Shown here piece by piece: positions 29,365 to 40,133 of a DNA stretch of 64,000 bases. Position numbers and translations under genes: made by a program. The first letter of the stretch is position 1. Every line of letters begins with the position of its first letter. Below the pieces are notes generated by a model. The model was not told the DNA's origin, did not search any database, and worked only from the letters and a program-made list of their open reading frames with translations. The DNA is from Morganella psychrotolerans (GTDB lineage: Bacteria; Pseudomonadota; Gammaproteobacteria; Enterobacterales; Enterobacteriaceae), in the NCBI RefSeq assembly GCF_001676055.1, contig NZ_LZEX01000006.1, positions 1-64,000 of the forward strand, written 5' to 3'.

Positions 29365-29471
29365 TTATATCGGGATAATCGCAGGTATTTTGCGTAAAAA
29401 AAAGTGATGCAAACGCTTGCGCAGAATAACAGGTTGCGTATAATCCCCCGCAATTTTGTCGGAAGGGGAAA

Positions 29472-29600
29472 ATGTACAGCGTGACTATTTACACCGCTTA
29501 CATCGCACAGTCGGTGCCGCACAACGCGGCATATCACAGACAGCCACAACGTGGCGCAGTCTGCGTTCCTCCCGTATTTTTTTTGAAAACCCCTCATTGA
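29472..29600 (+). CDS. pyrL: pyrBI operon leader peptide (42 aa)
   Basis: The ORF has an AAGGGGA RBS. It crosses a U-rich pause region and ends inside the attenuator hairpin. Confidence 0.75.
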   Translation: MYSVTIYTAYIAQSVPHNAAYHRQPQRGAVCVPPVFFLKTPH

Positions 29601-29615
29601 GGGGTTTTTTTTTTG
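29585..29615 (+). terminator. pyrBI attenuator (AAAACCCCTCA-TT-GAGGGGTTTT + T-run), 33 nt before pyrB
   Basis: Classic UTP-sensing attenuator architecture. Confidence 0.8.
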
Positions 29616-29647
29616 CCTGGCCGAACACGAACATGAGGATACCCCCA

Positions 29648-30583
29648 ATGGCGAATCCGTTATACCTGCGCGATATTATCTCGATTAATGACCTTAACCG
29701 CGATGAACTGGAACTGGTATTAAACACAGCCGCACTGCTGAAACAGCGCCCTCGGCCGGAATTACTGAAGCATAAAGTAATTGCCAGCTGCTTCTTCGAG
29801 GCCTCGACGCGTACCCGGCTCTCTTTTGAAACGGCTATCCACCGCCTCGGCGCGTCGGTAGTCGGTTTCTCAGACAGCAGCAACACCTCACTGGGCAAAA
29901 AAGGGGAAACGCTGGCAGATACCATGAGTGTTATCAGTCAGTATGCTGATGCCATCGTGATGCGCCACCCGCAGGAAGGTGCGGCGCGCCTGGTGTCTGA
30001 ATTTTCAGGTACTGTGCCGGTTATCAATGCCGGGGACGGGGCAAACCAGCACCCGACACAGACACTGCTTGATCTCTTTACCATTCAGGAAACCCAGGGA
30101 CGCCTGGAAAACCTGCACATCGCGATGGTCGGGGATCTGAAATACGGGCGCACAGTGCATTCACTGGCACAGGCGCTGTCGAAATTCAGCGGCAACCATC
30201 TGCATTTTATTGCACCAAAGGCGCTGGCGATGCCGGATCATATCCTGCACATGCTGGATGAAAAAGGTGTGGCGTACAGCGAACATAATGCTATCGATGA
30301 TGTGCTGCCGCAGTTGGATATTCTGTACATGACCCGCGTACAGAAAGAGCGTCTTGACCCGTCAGAATACGCCAATGTCAAAGCACAGTTTGTACTGCGC
30401 GCGGCGGATCTGGTGAATGTGAAGCCAAACCTGAAAGTGCTGCACCCGCTGCCGCGCATCGATGAGATCTCTCCGGATGTGGATAAAACGCCTTACGCGT
30501 ACTACTTCCCGCAGGCCGGTAACGGGATTTTTGCCCGTCAGGCGCTGTTATCTCTGGTGTTAAACGAAACCTTCCCGGCTTAA
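29648..30583 (+). CDS. pyrB: aspartate carbamoyltransferase catalytic subunit
   Basis: The 311-aa protein (MANPLY..STRTR..HPTQ..HPLPR) matches PyrB. The 375-aa ORF in the track is a 5' artefact. Confidence 0.95.
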   Translation: MANPLYLRDIISINDLNRDELELVLNTAALLKQRPRPELLKHKVIASCFFEASTRTRLSFETAIHRLGASVVGFSDSSNTSLGKKGETLADTMSVISQYADAIVMRHPQEGAARLVSEFSGTVPVINAGDGANQHPTQTLLDLFTIQETQGRLENLHIAMVGDLKYGRTVHSLAQALSKFSGNHLHFIAPKALAMPDHILHMLDEKGVAYSEHNAIDDVLPQLDILYMTRVQKERLDPSEYANVKAQFVLRAADLVNVKPNLKVLHPLPRIDEISPDVDKTPYAYYFPQAGNGIFARQALLSLVLNETFPA

Positions 30584-30593
30584 GGAGCACATC

Positions 30594-31058
30594 ATGACTC
30601 AGGATCATAAATTACTGGTTGAAGCCATCAAATGCGGTACTGTTATCGACCACATCCCGGCACATGTCGGGTTTAAACTGCTCTCCTTTTTCCGCCTGAC
30701 GGAAACAGACAGCCGCATTACCATCGGGCTGAATCTGCCGTCCGGTAATATGGGCCGTAAGGATTTGATTAAGCTGGAAGATACCTTTCTGACACCGGAG
30801 CAGGCAAACCAGCTCGGGTTTTATGCACCGAAAGCCACAATTAATATTATTGAAGATTATCAGGTGGTTAAAAAACTGCCAATTAATCTGCCTGAACGGA
30901 TAACCGGGGTGATTGTCTGCCCGAACGGGAACTGCATCAGTCACAATGAGCCGGTAGAAAGTAGCTTTACTGTTAAGTCCATTGCGCAGGAAATTGTGTT
31001 AACCTGTAAGTATTGTGAGAAAGAATTTGATCACCACGCCATCATTAATAACGGATAA
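30594..31058 (+). CDS. pyrI: aspartate carbamoyltransferase regulatory subunit
   Basis: The 154-aa protein has a Cys4 zinc domain. Confidence 0.95.
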   Translation: MTQDHKLLVEAIKCGTVIDHIPAHVGFKLLSFFRLTETDSRITIGLNLPSGNMGRKDLIKLEDTFLTPEQANQLGFYAPKATINIIEDYQVVKKLPINLPERITGVIVCPNGNCISHNEPVESSFTVKSIAQEIVLTCKYCEKEFDHHAIINNG

Positions 31059-31153
31059 GATAGATCCAGGTCAGTTGCCCGGAGATTTCAGACGATTATA
31101 ATGATCGCGTTTTTAAAAGCTTAACAGCAATAATAATCCTACAGGAGTCCGTA

Positions 31154-31543
31154 ATGACTAAAGTAATCGCAACAGAAAACGCACCAGCAGCAATCGGCCC
31201 ATATGTACAGGCTGTAGACCTGGGTAACATGGTTATGACTTCAGGTCAGATCCCGGTTGACCCTAAAACAGGTCTGGTTGCAGATGACGTTACTGCTCAG
31301 GCCCGCCAATCTCTGGAAAACATCAAGGCAATCATCGAGAAAGCAGGCCTGAAAGTTGCTGATATCGTGAAAACAACTGTTTTCGTTAAAGATCTGAATG
31401 ACTTCACTACTGTGAACGCAGCATACGAAGCCTTCTTCAAAGAGAACAATGCAGCGCACTTCCCTGCTCGTTCTTGCGTTGAAGTTGCCCGTCTGCCAAA
31501 AGATGTGAAATTAGAAATCGAAGCAATCGCAGTCCGTAAATAA
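31154..31543 (+). CDS. ridA: RidA/YjgF enamine-imine deaminase
   Basis: The 129-aa protein is about 85% identical to E. coli RidA. Confidence 0.95.
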   Translation: MTKVIATENAPAAIGPYVQAVDLGNMVMTSGQIPVDPKTGLVADDVTAQARQSLENIKAIIEKAGLKVADIVKTTVFVKDLNDFTTVNAAYEAFFKENNAAHFPARSCVEVARLPKDVKLEIEAIAVRK

Positions 31544-31562
31544 TTACTGCGCTTCAGTTGAT

Positions 31563-31588
31563 AAAAACCGGCGGAAGCCGGTTTTTTT
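31563..31588. terminator. bidirectional terminator (AAAAACCGGC-GGAA-GCCGGTTTTTTT)
   Basis: Hairpin with U-runs on both strands, between ridA and the TetR gene. Confidence 0.7.
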
Positions 31589-31591
31589 GTA

Positions 31592-32179
31592 TCACACCCG
31601 CAGATTCTCCAGTAACTGCTCAAATGAAACCCGCACATTTTTATACGTGATATCCGGTTCATCGCTGTGGACTATCCACATTGCGCATTCATATAACCCG
31701 CCATTAATAAACAGCGCCAGTACCTGCGGTGAAACCTGCTTTATTAAACCTTTTTCCATCAGATGAGTAAGCCGCCGGGTAATTCCCTGCACACACGCCA
31801 GTTCATTAGATTTAAGAATTGAATAATCCAGCACAGATGCCGCATCACGAAACATAATACGCTGCACTTCCGGCTCCAGACTCATTGCCAGATAACCCTG
31901 ACAGCGCGCCTTGAATGCCTGCCATTCATCTGTTGCTTCTTTTTCTGCCATATCCAGGCGCGCATCCAGTTCCTGATCCAGACTCTGCAATACCGCCAGG
32001 AATAGTCCCCGTTTGTCTCCGAAATGATGATAAAGCGCCCCGCGGGTAAGACCCGCCTGTGCGGTCAGGTCATCCATCACTGTCGCAGCATAACCTGCCG
32101 TACCAAACTGCCGGCGGGCAGCAGTAATCAGTTTTGTCCTGGTCTCTTCTATCATCTCTGCGCGTGGTTTATGAACCAT
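31592..32179 (-). CDS. TetR/AcrR family transcriptional regulator
   Basis: The N-terminal HTH is TKLITAARRQFGTAGYAATVMDDLTAQAGLTRGALYHHF. The ATG at 32209 is an alternative start. Confidence 0.8.
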   Translation of the reverse strand: MVHKPRAEMIEETRTKLITAARRQFGTAGYAATVMDDLTAQAGLTRGALYHHFGDKRGLFLAVLQSLDQELDARLDMAEKEATDEWQAFKARCQGYLAMSLEPEVQRIMFRDAASVLDYSILKSNELACVQGITRRLTHLMEKGLIKQVSPQVLALFINGGLYECAMWIVHSDEPDITYKNVRVSFEQLLENLRV

Positions 32180-32235
32180 CTTGTCACTCCGGGGGTTAAC
32201 ACATTTCATCTGCTCACTATATCACTTTTTAATTG

Positions 32236-32279
32236 ACATACATCGCGTATATCAATAGATTCACATACGCAATGTATGT
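32236..32279. promoter_or_regulatory. inverted repeat ACATACATCGCGTAT-N12-ACATACGCAATGTATGT in the TetR/MFS divergent intergenic region, a probable TetR operator
   Basis: Near-perfect dyad symmetry. Confidence 0.45.
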
Positions 32280-32384
32280 TAATTACCTATCCATTGAATC
32301 CTGTTACCTCCGGTGACGGCGGCAGTGACAAAATATATTTATCCCCCTGACGGCGAAAAAGGGCGGATATTCTGTGAGGTTGTT

Positions 32385-33584
32385 ATGTTTAGTTCCTATC
32401 GCGTCATCTTTCAGCATCCCGGCTCCCGGGCTTTCTCCGGTGCGGGTTTCATCGCACGGATGACCGTCGCCATGATGGGGATCGGGATCATTACGATGAT
32501 TGCGCAGCTGCGTGACTCTTTCTTTATGGCAGGGATCACCGCCGCTGTTTATACCTTTTCTGCTGCTTTCTGTGCACCGATGATAGCCCGCCTGGTAGAT
32601 CGCTACGGACAAAGCCGCATTCTGCCAAAAAGTATTATCATCAGTGTGCTCGGTACCACCGCACTATTGTTATGTACGGTTTATGACGCGCCGGACTGGG
32701 CTATCTGGCTTTCCGCTGTATTTGTCGGGGCTATCCCGAGCATGCCGGCCATGATCCGCGCCCGCTGGACGCACATCTATAAAGGCGATCCGCGTCTGCA
32801 AACCGCGTATTCTTTTGAGTCCGTACTGGATGAAATCAGCTTTATTATCGGCCCGCCGCTTTCCGTCACACTGAGTATTGCGCTCTTCCCGCAGGCAGGT
32901 CCGCTGGTTGCGATTATTTTTCTGGTCGTCGGCACACTCCTGGTGGTCAGCCAGAAACGCACCGAGCCGCCGGTACATAAGCGGGACGGACTGGCAAAAG
33001 GCACCGTACTGCGCCTGCCGGCGATTCAGTTGCTGATGCTGGCACTGCTCGCGCTCGGTGTGATTGTCGGAACAGTCGATGTGCTGGCGGTGGCATTCGC
33101 CAATGCGCAGGGATATCCGGAAGGTGCCAGTTATGTATTATCGGTTTACGCCGCCGGTTCCTGTATTGCCGGGTTTATCTTCGGCGCAGTCCGCCTGCCC
33201 TTCAGTTATACAAAACAATTTGTTTTCACCGCCGCGGCAACACTGTTAACCACTCTGCCGCTGCTGCTGGTCACTGATCTTACCGGGTTGGGGCTGACGA
33301 TGTTTGTCGCCGGTTTCTTCTTTTCGCCAACCATGATCCTGGCTATCGGATTTGTCGAACGGGAAGCGCCGCCTAACATGCTGACAGAAGGCTTCACCTG
33401 GCTTATCACCGGGCTGGCTGTCGGGGTTGCTCTCGGCTCTGCCGGTGTCGGGATGATCATTGATACCTATGGTATCGATACCGGTTTCTTACTTGCTATC
33501 GGTGCCGGTGTCTGTGTCCTGCTCATTGCTGTTGCCGGTTATGTTTTCGTCTTCAAAAATGATAAAAATACCAGCGATAAGTAA
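32385..33584 (+). CDS. MFS transporter (12 TM), probably an efflux pump controlled by the divergent TetR
   Basis: About 400 aa and hydrophobic. An RBS (GAGG) precedes the ATG at 32385. Confidence 0.85.
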   Translation: MFSSYRVIFQHPGSRAFSGAGFIARMTVAMMGIGIITMIAQLRDSFFMAGITAAVYTFSAAFCAPMIARLVDRYGQSRILPKSIIISVLGTTALLLCTVYDAPDWAIWLSAVFVGAIPSMPAMIRARWTHIYKGDPRLQTAYSFESVLDEISFIIGPPLSVTLSIALFPQAGPLVAIIFLVVGTLLVVSQKRTEPPVHKRDGLAKGTVLRLPAIQLLMLALLALGVIVGTVDVLAVAFANAQGYPEGASYVLSVYAAGSCIAGFIFGAVRLPFSYTKQFVFTAAATLLTTLPLLLVTDLTGLGLTMFVAGFFFSPTMILAIGFVEREAPPNMLTEGFTWLITGLAVGVALGSAGVGMIIDTYGIDTGFLLAIGAGVCVLLIAVAGYVFVFKNDKNTSDK

Positions 33585-33676
33585 CAAAAATAACTTTTAG
33601 CATAATCTTTGTCACCAGACCGCACATTTTTACACTTCACCGGAGTGTGCGGTTTCTCTGATGTCACCGAAATTCT

Positions 33677-33690
33677 TTGACACAGGTCAA
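33677..33690 (+). promoter_or_regulatory. FNR-like site TTGAC-N4-GTCAA upstream of nrdD. Possible NrdR boxes lie at 33750-33790.
   Basis: It matches 8 of 10 positions of TTGAT-N4-ATCAA. nrdDG is FNR-activated in E. coli. Confidence 0.4.
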
Positions 33691-33848
33691 TTTTAAACGC
33701 CTTATTCCGGAGGAAATCTATATCTAGTGCTATATAATACAAAGCACACAAGATATAGTATTTATTCACAGTGTTATCCACACCCCCCGAAAGTGGCATT
33801 ATTGCTGGCTTTTGCCTGTGGATAACCAAATTTCCGGAGAGAAGCAAA

Positions 33849-35987
33849 GTGCACACTATCGTGATTAAGCGTGATGGATGTCAGGTCAATTTTGATGAAT
33901 CACGCATCCGGGATGCCATTAAAAAAGCAGCTGAAGCCGCGCAAATTAATGATAATGACTACTGCTCTCAGGTTGCTTCTCATGTCACTTCATTAATGAA
34001 AAACCGGGAAAATGTTGATATCCGTGAAATCCAGGACGCGGTTGAAAACCAGTTAATGTCCGGTGATTACAAAGAGTTAGCACGAACCTATATCGAATAC
34101 CGTCATGATCGTGATGTCGAGCGTGAGCTGCGTGGCCGCCTGAATAATGAGATCCGCGGGCTGGTCGAGCAAAGTGATATGTCCATTCTCAATGAGAATG
34201 CTAATAAAGACAGCAAGGTTATTCCGACACAGCGCGACCTGCTGGCGGGCATTGTGGCTAAACACTATGCAAAACAGCATATTTTACCGCGTGATGTTGT
34301 TATTTCACATGAACGTGGTGAAATTCACTATCACGATCTGGATTACGCGCCATTCTTTCCGATGTTTAACTGTATGCTGATCGATTTGAAAGGCATGCTG
34401 ACTCATGGCTTTAAAATGGGTAATGCCGAGATAGAGCAACCTAAGTCCATCTCTACCGCGACTGCGGTAACAGCACAAATTATCGCGCAGGTTGCCAGCC
34501 ATATTTACGGCGGCACCACCATTAACCGGATAGATGAAATTCTGGCGCCGTTTGTCGCCGCCAGCTACAACAAGCATCTGAAAACCGCTGAAGAATGGCA
34601 AATTCCGGATGCGAAAGGTTATGCCGATGCCCGCACCGAAAAAGAGTGCTATGACGCATTCCAGTCACTGGAATATGAAGTCAACACCCTGCACACCGCC
34701 AACGGACAAACCCCGTTTGTCACCTTTGGTTTCGGGCTGGGAACCTCTGAAGAATCGCGGATGATCCAACAGGCAATTTTGCGTAACCGCATTGCCGGGC
34801 TGGGTAAAAATCATAAAACAGCGGTCTTCCCGAAACTGGTGTTTGCCATTAAAAAAGGGCTGAATCATCAGTACGGTGATCCGAATTATGACATCAAACG
34901 CCTCGCATTAGAGTGTGCCAGCAAACGCATGTATCCGGATATTCTGAACTACGACCAGGTCGTAAAAGTCACCGGATCGTTTAAAACGCCGATGGGCTGC
35001 CGCAGTTTCCTCGGCGTATACGAAGAGAACGGCGAGCAAATTCATGACGGGCGTAATAACCTCGGCGTTATCAGCCTGAACCTGCCGCGTATTGCGATTG
35101 AAGCACACGCTGACGAAGAGCAGTTCTGGACGCTGCTGGATGAACGCCTGGCTATCGCCAAAAAAGCGCTGATGACCCGCATTGCCCGGCTGGAAAATGT
35201 CAAAGCCCGTGTCGCGCCGATCCTATATATGGAAGGCGCCTGCGGCGTGCGGCTGAAAGCAGATGACTCCGTAACGGAGATCTTTAAAAACGGTCGCGCA
35301 TCCATTTCCCTGGGTTATATCGGCATCAACGAAACCATTAATGCGCTGGCGGGTACCGATACCCATATGTATGACGATGAACAGCAGCGCGCGCTGGGTG
35401 TGGCGATTATTGAACGTTTACGCCGTGCAACAGATGAATGGAAAGCGGAAACCGGCTACGCCTTCAGCCTGTACAGCACACCAAGTGAGAATCTGTGCGA
35501 CCGCTTCTGCCGTCTGGATACCGCCGAGTTCGGTGTGATCCCGGGCGTGACAGACAAAGGCTATTACACCAACAGCTTCCATCTGGATGTTGAGAAAAAA
35601 GTGAATCCGTACGACAAACTGGATTTCGAAGCTCCGTATCCGCCACTGGCGAACGGTGGTTTTATCTGTTACGGCGAATACCCGAATCTTCAGCATAACC
35701 TGAAAGCCCTGGAAGATGTCTGGGACTACAGTTATGACCGCGTTCCGTATTATGGCACCAACACACCGATTGATGAGTGTTATGAATGCGGCTTTAACGG
35801 GGAATTTAACTGTACCAGCAAAGGATTTGTCTGCCCGAAATGCGGCAACCATGATGCCGCCCGCGTGTCTGTGATCCGCCGTGTATGCGGTTATCTGGGC
35901 AGCCCGGATGCACGTCCGTTCAATGCCGGGAAGCAGGAAGAAGTAAAACGCCGCGTGAAACATCTGTCAAACGGGCAGCTAGGCTGA
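33849..35987 (+). CDS. nrdD: anaerobic ribonucleoside-triphosphate reductase (GTG start)
   Basis: The protein is about 85% identical to E. coli NrdD from VHTIVIKRDG onward. The upstream residues in the 738-aa track ORF are not conserved. Confidence 0.95.
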   Translation: MHTIVIKRDGCQVNFDESRIRDAIKKAAEAAQINDNDYCSQVASHVTSLMKNRENVDIREIQDAVENQLMSGDYKELARTYIEYRHDRDVERELRGRLNNEIRGLVEQSDMSILNENANKDSKVIPTQRDLLAGIVAKHYAKQHILPRDVVISHERGEIHYHDLDYAPFFPMFNCMLIDLKGMLTHGFKMGNAEIEQPKSISTATAVTAQIIAQVASHIYGGTTINRIDEILAPFVAASYNKHLKTAEEWQIPDAKGYADARTEKECYDAFQSLEYEVNTLHTANGQTPFVTFGFGLGTSEESRMIQQAILRNRIAGLGKNHKTAVFPKLVFAIKKGLNHQYGDPNYDIKRLALECASKRMYPDILNYDQVVKVTGSFKTPMGCRSFLGVYEENGEQIHDGRNNLGVISLNLPRIAIEAHADEEQFWTLLDERLAIAKKALMTRIARLENVKARVAPILYMEGACGVRLKADDSVTEIFKNGRASISLGYIGINETINALAGTDTHMYDDEQQRALGVAIIERLRRATDEWKAETGYAFSLYSTPSENLCDRFCRLDTAEFGVIPGVTDKGYYTNSFHLDVEKKVNPYDKLDFEAPYPPLANGGFICYGEYPNLQHNLKALEDVWDYSYDRVPYYGTNTPIDECYECGFNGEFNCTSKGFVCPKCGNHDAARVSVIRRVCGYLGSPDARPFNAGKQEEVKRRVKHLSNGQLG

Positions 35988-35991
35988 GTAT

Positions 35992-36459
35992 ATGAATTAT
36001 CATCAGTACTATCCCGTTGATGTCGTCAACGGGCCGGGTACACGCTGTACATTGTTTGTTTCAGGCTGCGTGCATCAGTGCCGCGGCTGCTATAACCAGA
36101 GCACCTGGCGCACCGATTCCGGTGCGCTTTATACACCGGAACTGGAAGCGCAGATTATCGCCGACCTCTGTGATGAACGGATTAAGCGTCAGGGAATTAC
36201 ACTGTCAGGCGGTGATCCGCTGCATCCGCAGAATATCCCGGTGATTTTGGCACTGGTGCAGCGCATCCGCCGGGAATGCCCGCCGGAGAAAGATATCTGG
36301 ATGTGGACCGGCTATAAGCTGGATGAGCTGAATGATGCTCAGAGGGAAGTCATTGAGCACATCAATGTATTAGTCGACGGGAAATTTGTGCAGGCGCTGC
36401 ATGACCCGATGATTATCTGGCGCGGCAGTTCAAATCAGGTTATTCACTATCTGCGCTGA
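35992..36459 (+). CDS. nrdG: anaerobic RNR activating protein (radical SAM)
   Basis: The 155-aa protein has the CxxxCxxC motif. Confidence 0.95.
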   Translation: MNYHQYYPVDVVNGPGTRCTLFVSGCVHQCRGCYNQSTWRTDSGALYTPELEAQIIADLCDERIKRQGITLSGGDPLHPQNIPVILALVQRIRRECPPEKDIWMWTGYKLDELNDAQREVIEHINVLVDGKFVQALHDPMIIWRGSSNQVIHYLR

Positions 36460-36889
36460 TCCGCGACCAGTGCAGTTTCTTACCAAAACCCAGTGTGTTA
36501 TTAACCATTTTTATCTCATCGAGCCGCAGACCCCAGACCGGGGTCTTTGCTGCAATGGCAACCGGGAACCGCCGGCAATATTGTGCCCGCGCCTGTTTTG
36601 CGGCCTCATCTGACAGAGCAATCACTTCACCACGAAATTGTATCCCGCGAATTTTTGCGACCGTGACTGTCTGCGCAGAAACGGTGCCCGCGACCTGCGG
36701 GTTCTGCTGCATCATGGTGCCGTGTTGTGTATGGGGTTCAGTGAGGAAATACAGCAGCATGGCGTCGGTATCAGCCACATAGAAGCAACTCGCGCACCAA
36801 AGCTCACTATCCGCCGTGGTACATAATGTAAAAACATGATTTTTCTTCAGATAGCGCCGGATCTCTGATAAATCGTGCTGCCCGTCCAT
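36440..36889 (-). CDS. yhbP: pyridoxamine 5'-phosphate oxidase-like FMN-binding protein YhbP
   Basis: It is similar to E. coli YhbP (HVFTLCT...LTEPHTQHG...RRFPVA). Confidence 0.8.
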   Translation of the reverse strand: MDGQHDLSEIRRYLKKNHVFTLCTTADSELWCASCFYVADTDAMLLYFLTEPHTQHGTMMQQNPQVAGTVSAQTVTVAKIRGIQFRGEVIALSDEAAKQARAQYCRRFPVAIAAKTPVWGLRLDEIKMVNNTLGFGKKLHWSRISADSE

Positions 36890-36989
36890 ATTGATCCCCA
36901 AATAAAACCACACCGGGTGATAGTATATCATCCGGTGCTGGTTCAGACAGTCCCGGATATCCGGGCTGTTTTATGGCAGATTTCAGTAA

Positions 36990-37241
36990 TTATTTATAAA
37001 TTTCCGCAGTACCACCCATCAGGTTTTCACCACCAGCGGAGATAATACGGAAGGATGCCGCACCTGATTCATCAGCTTTTTTGGATAAGGCGGCAGTCAC
37101 ATCAGCCAGGGTGTCAATATTGCTGACAGATACCACACCAGCCGGTGCCTGAGTACTGATTTGTACTTCAGTCGCAGCCATTGAACCAAATGAAACAGCA
37201 CTTAACGCTAAAACAGCAGGGATGATTGCAGACATTTTCAT
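36990..37241 (-). CDS. YdgH/BhsA/McbA (DUF1471) family stress-induced periplasmic protein
   Basis: The 83-aa protein has a signal peptide. Confidence 0.7.
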   Translation of the reverse strand: MKMSAIIPAVLALSAVSFGSMAATEVQISTQAPAGVVSVSNIDTLADVTAALSKKADESGAASFRIISAGGENLMGGTAEIYK

Positions 37242-37540
37242 AATATAGTTCCTTAGATTTTTAATAATATTGTGAGACGTTTTTGGTCTCTCTCTGTGAT
37301 GTGAGTCATACTATGCGCTTCCTGCAGAAAAGAAAATTAGCTATTTTTGCCATAGTTATTCAAAATAATTGATGATAATAAAATTAATTAATCACCGGAA
37401 AGAATTACTCTGTAGAATATCATTGATTAATTAGTTACTTGCGTGACTATAACCCGGCTAAAATCAACAAAATATTCGCCTTTCATATAAACATTAAAAC
37501 GCACGATTAAACAAAAATGACCAGTAATCCAGATATAAAA

Positions 37541-37837
37541 ATGTGGTTTCTTTACATAATCAGGACAGAATCCGGCTCGCTTTATACCGGGATCACCCGG
37601 GATGTCGCAAAACGGTTCGCCACACATCAGTCCGGGAAAGGGGCTAAATACCTGCGGGGAAAAACGGGTCTGGAGGTGGTTTATCAGGCAGCACTGGCTG
37701 ATCGCGCCTGTGCGTCAAAGGAAGAGTACAGAGTTAAGCAACTGACTAAAAAGAAAAAAGAAAGGCTGGTCACTGACCAGCCTTCTGATTTAACCGCATA
37801 TCTTAACGGCGGTGATTATTCACAACTGTCAAAGTGA
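37541..37837 (+). CDS. yhbQ: GIY-YIG nuclease superfamily protein YhbQ
   Basis: It is similar to YhbQ (WFLYIIRT...[22 protein letters not shown]...[14 protein letters not shown]). Confidence 0.85.
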   Translation: MWFLYIIRTESGSLYTGITRDVAKRFATHQSGKGAKYLRGKTGLEVVYQAALADRACASKEEYRVKQLTKKKKERLVTDQPSDLTAYLNGGDYSQLSK

Positions 37838-38322
37838 TCTGAGTAATTGACTAAGCCATGGTAATTATCGGTGGCATCGTTATCCAGCGGATGAATGAGA
37901 AAGTATGCCTCACAGTCCGGCCATTTACAGTGCAAATCAAATTCTGCTGCCGGTTTAAAGCCCCATTTGCTGTACATTGCCGGGTCACCAAGCACCACAA
38001 CCGCGCCATAACCAAACTCATTGAGGCTGTCCAGCCCTTCGTAAACGAGCTGGCGGGCAATGCCCTGAGCGCGGTACTCTTCTGCCACGGCAAGCGGAGC
38101 AAGCCCCACCCACTGACAATCCTCACCTTCCACATCAACCGGGGTAAACCCGGCATAGCCGATTACCTGCCCGTTATCATCGGTTGCCACCACGCCTAAA
38201 GTCAGCAGTGCATCCTCACGCAGGGTATGCAGCAGATCAGCTTCATTATCACGACCAAACGCCGTGCGCAGCAATGCATCAATACCGGCGGCATCAACCG
38301 GGATCTCTGTGCGGATCAACAT
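37816..38322 (-). CDS. yhbS: GNAT acetyltransferase YhbS
   Basis: The 168-aa protein is similar to E. coli YhbS. Confidence 0.85.
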   Translation of the reverse strand: MLIRTEIPVDAAGIDALLRTAFGRDNEADLLHTLREDALLTLGVVATDDNGQVIGYAGFTPVDVEGEDCQWVGLAPLAVAEEYRAQGIARQLVYEGLDSLNEFGYGAVVVLGDPAMYSKWGFKPAAEFDLHCKWPDCEAYFLIHPLDNDATDNYHGLVNYSDHFDSCE

Positions 38323-38837
38323 GACGGCACCGCGGTGTGTGATTGCGCGGCCTCCGCTTCCATACCCGCCTGAATAAATTCAGCCAGTTGCATTAATGCA
38401 CTGCGCAGCAACGCAGGCATGGCATCAAGATCAATCGAGTCCATCAGATTCTTAACATACAGCCCCAGCTCAGTATCACCTTCAATACGCAGGCGGCGCT
38501 GGAAAAACAAGGTATCCGGGTCTTCTTTACGGGCGGCAATCAGGACCAAATCATTGGCATTACCACTAAAGCTGACATCTTCCTGTTCATCCGCACTGAC
38601 CACCAGCCGGCCATTCTGATTACTGATAAACCAGCACAGCGCCATATCGCGGACTTCCACTTTCAGCCACTTGTCTTCCAGAAAATCGAGATCACCTTCT
38701 GTCATCGCCTCTTCAAACTGACGCGCCAGAACTTGCTGAAGAACCTGTTTTTGCAGGGTAAACGGCGTTAATTTCAGCGGAAACCGCAATAACGCAGGCC
38801 CGTTTTGCACGAGCGAGGAACGAATTTTGGCAAACAC
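38316..38837 (-). CDS. ubiT: SCP2-domain ubiquinone biosynthesis accessory factor UbiT (YhbT)
   Basis: The 173-aa protein is similar to YhbT. Confidence 0.85.
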   Translation of the reverse strand: MFAKIRSSLVQNGPALLRFPLKLTPFTLQKQVLQQVLARQFEEAMTEGDLDFLEDKWLKVEVRDMALCWFISNQNGRLVVSADEQEDVSFSGNANDLVLIAARKEDPDTLFFQRRLRIEGDTELGLYVKNLMDSIDLDAMPALLRSALMQLAEFIQAGMEAEAAQSHTAVPSC

Positions 38838-39123
38838 CGTACTGACTCCTTAATCTGAATTCCTGCGTCATTGTGCCAGAAGATTGCGTAATAACTCAGG
38901 CTTCCGGTCAAATTTTCGCATTATTCACTCATTATATACTCTAAATAATTTCGGATACATACAGGCAGGCGGGCGGAGCTGCAGAGAACATTCTGCCTTT
39001 ATACACAAAAACGATATTATTTTTTGCGACAAATTGTTCACTAACCTGCCTCAGGTCAATACCTTTTTTAGCCTGCCATTTACAATTTCCGATCATTTTA
39101 TTATTCAGTCTGAGAGTCTCACC

Positions 39124-40119
39124 ATGGAACTGTTGTGTCCCGCCGGTAACTTACCCGCACTGAAAGCCGCCGTCGACAACGGCGCAGATGCGGTTTATAT
39201 CGGTTTAAAAGATGATACCAATGCCCGTCATTTCGCCGGTCTGAATTTTACTGAAAAAAAACTCGAACAGGCGGTGGAGTATGTTCACCGTCATCAGCGC
39301 CATCTGCATATTGCGATTAATACCTTTGCACATCCGGATGGATTCAGCCGCTGGCAGCGTGCCGTGGATATGGCAGCCGATTTGGGTGCCGATGCGCTGA
39401 TCCTTGCAGATATTGCCATGCTCGAATATGCCGCAGAGCGCTATCCGCATATTGAGCGTCATGTCTCCGTTCAGGCGTCTGCCACGAATACCGAAGCTAT
39501 CCGCTTCTATCAGCGTAACTTTGCCGTACACCGCATTGTGCTGCCGCGTGTGCTCTCCATTCAACAGGTCAAACAACTTGCCCGCACCAGTCCGGTGCCG
39601 CTGGAAGTCTTTGCTTTCGGCAGCCTCTGCATTATGGCGGAAGGCCGCTGTTATCTCTCCTCCTACCTGACCGGCGAATCGCCGAATACCGTCGGTGCCT
39701 GTTCACCGGCACGATTTGTCCGCTGGCAGGAAACGCCGCAGGGGCTGGAATCCCGCCTCAATGATGTGTTGATTGACCGCTACGGTGCTGATGAAAATGC
39801 CGGTTATCCGACGCTGTGCAAAGGCCGCTACTGTGTGGACAGCAAGCCTTATCATGCCCTTGAGGAGCCAACCAGTCTGAATACCCTGGAATTACTGCCG
39901 GAGCTGATGGCGGCAAATATTGCTTCCGTGAAAATTGAGGGTCGTCAGCGCAGCCCGGCGTATGTTACTGATGTGGCAAAAGTCTGGCGCCAGGCGATAG
40001 ATCGCTGTAAAGCCGATCCGGAAAATTATGCTCCGGATGACGCCTGGATGCAGACACTGGGCAGTATGTCTGAAGGGCGTCAGACCACACTCGGCGCTTA
40101 TCACCGCAAATGGCAGTAA
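39124..40119 (+). CDS. ubiU: U32 peptidase-family protein UbiU (O2-independent UQ hydroxylase subunit)
   Basis: It is similar to YhbU from MELLCPAGN onward. The 5' part of the track ORF is spurious. Confidence 0.9.
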   Translation: MELLCPAGNLPALKAAVDNGADAVYIGLKDDTNARHFAGLNFTEKKLEQAVEYVHRHQRHLHIAINTFAHPDGFSRWQRAVDMAADLGADALILADIAMLEYAAERYPHIERHVSVQASATNTEAIRFYQRNFAVHRIVLPRVLSIQQVKQLARTSPVPLEVFAFGSLCIMAEGRCYLSSYLTGESPNTVGACSPARFVRWQETPQGLESRLNDVLIDRYGADENAGYPTLCKGRYCVDSKPYHALEEPTSLNTLELLPELMAANIASVKIEGRQRSPAYVTDVAKVWRQAIDRCKADPENYAPDDAWMQTLGSMSEGRQTTLGAYHRKWQ

Positions 40120-40133
40120 CGGGGAGAAAAACA

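Noticed and set aside
29456-29647. The long 5' extension of the pyrB ORF ([10 protein letters not shown]...). Similar extensions occur on argI (28222), ubiU (38884), nrdD (33771), rimP (60093), secG (60852) and rpsO (53666).
   Set aside because: Alignment with orthologues places the true starts downstream. The extensions cover leader, attenuator or promoter regions.
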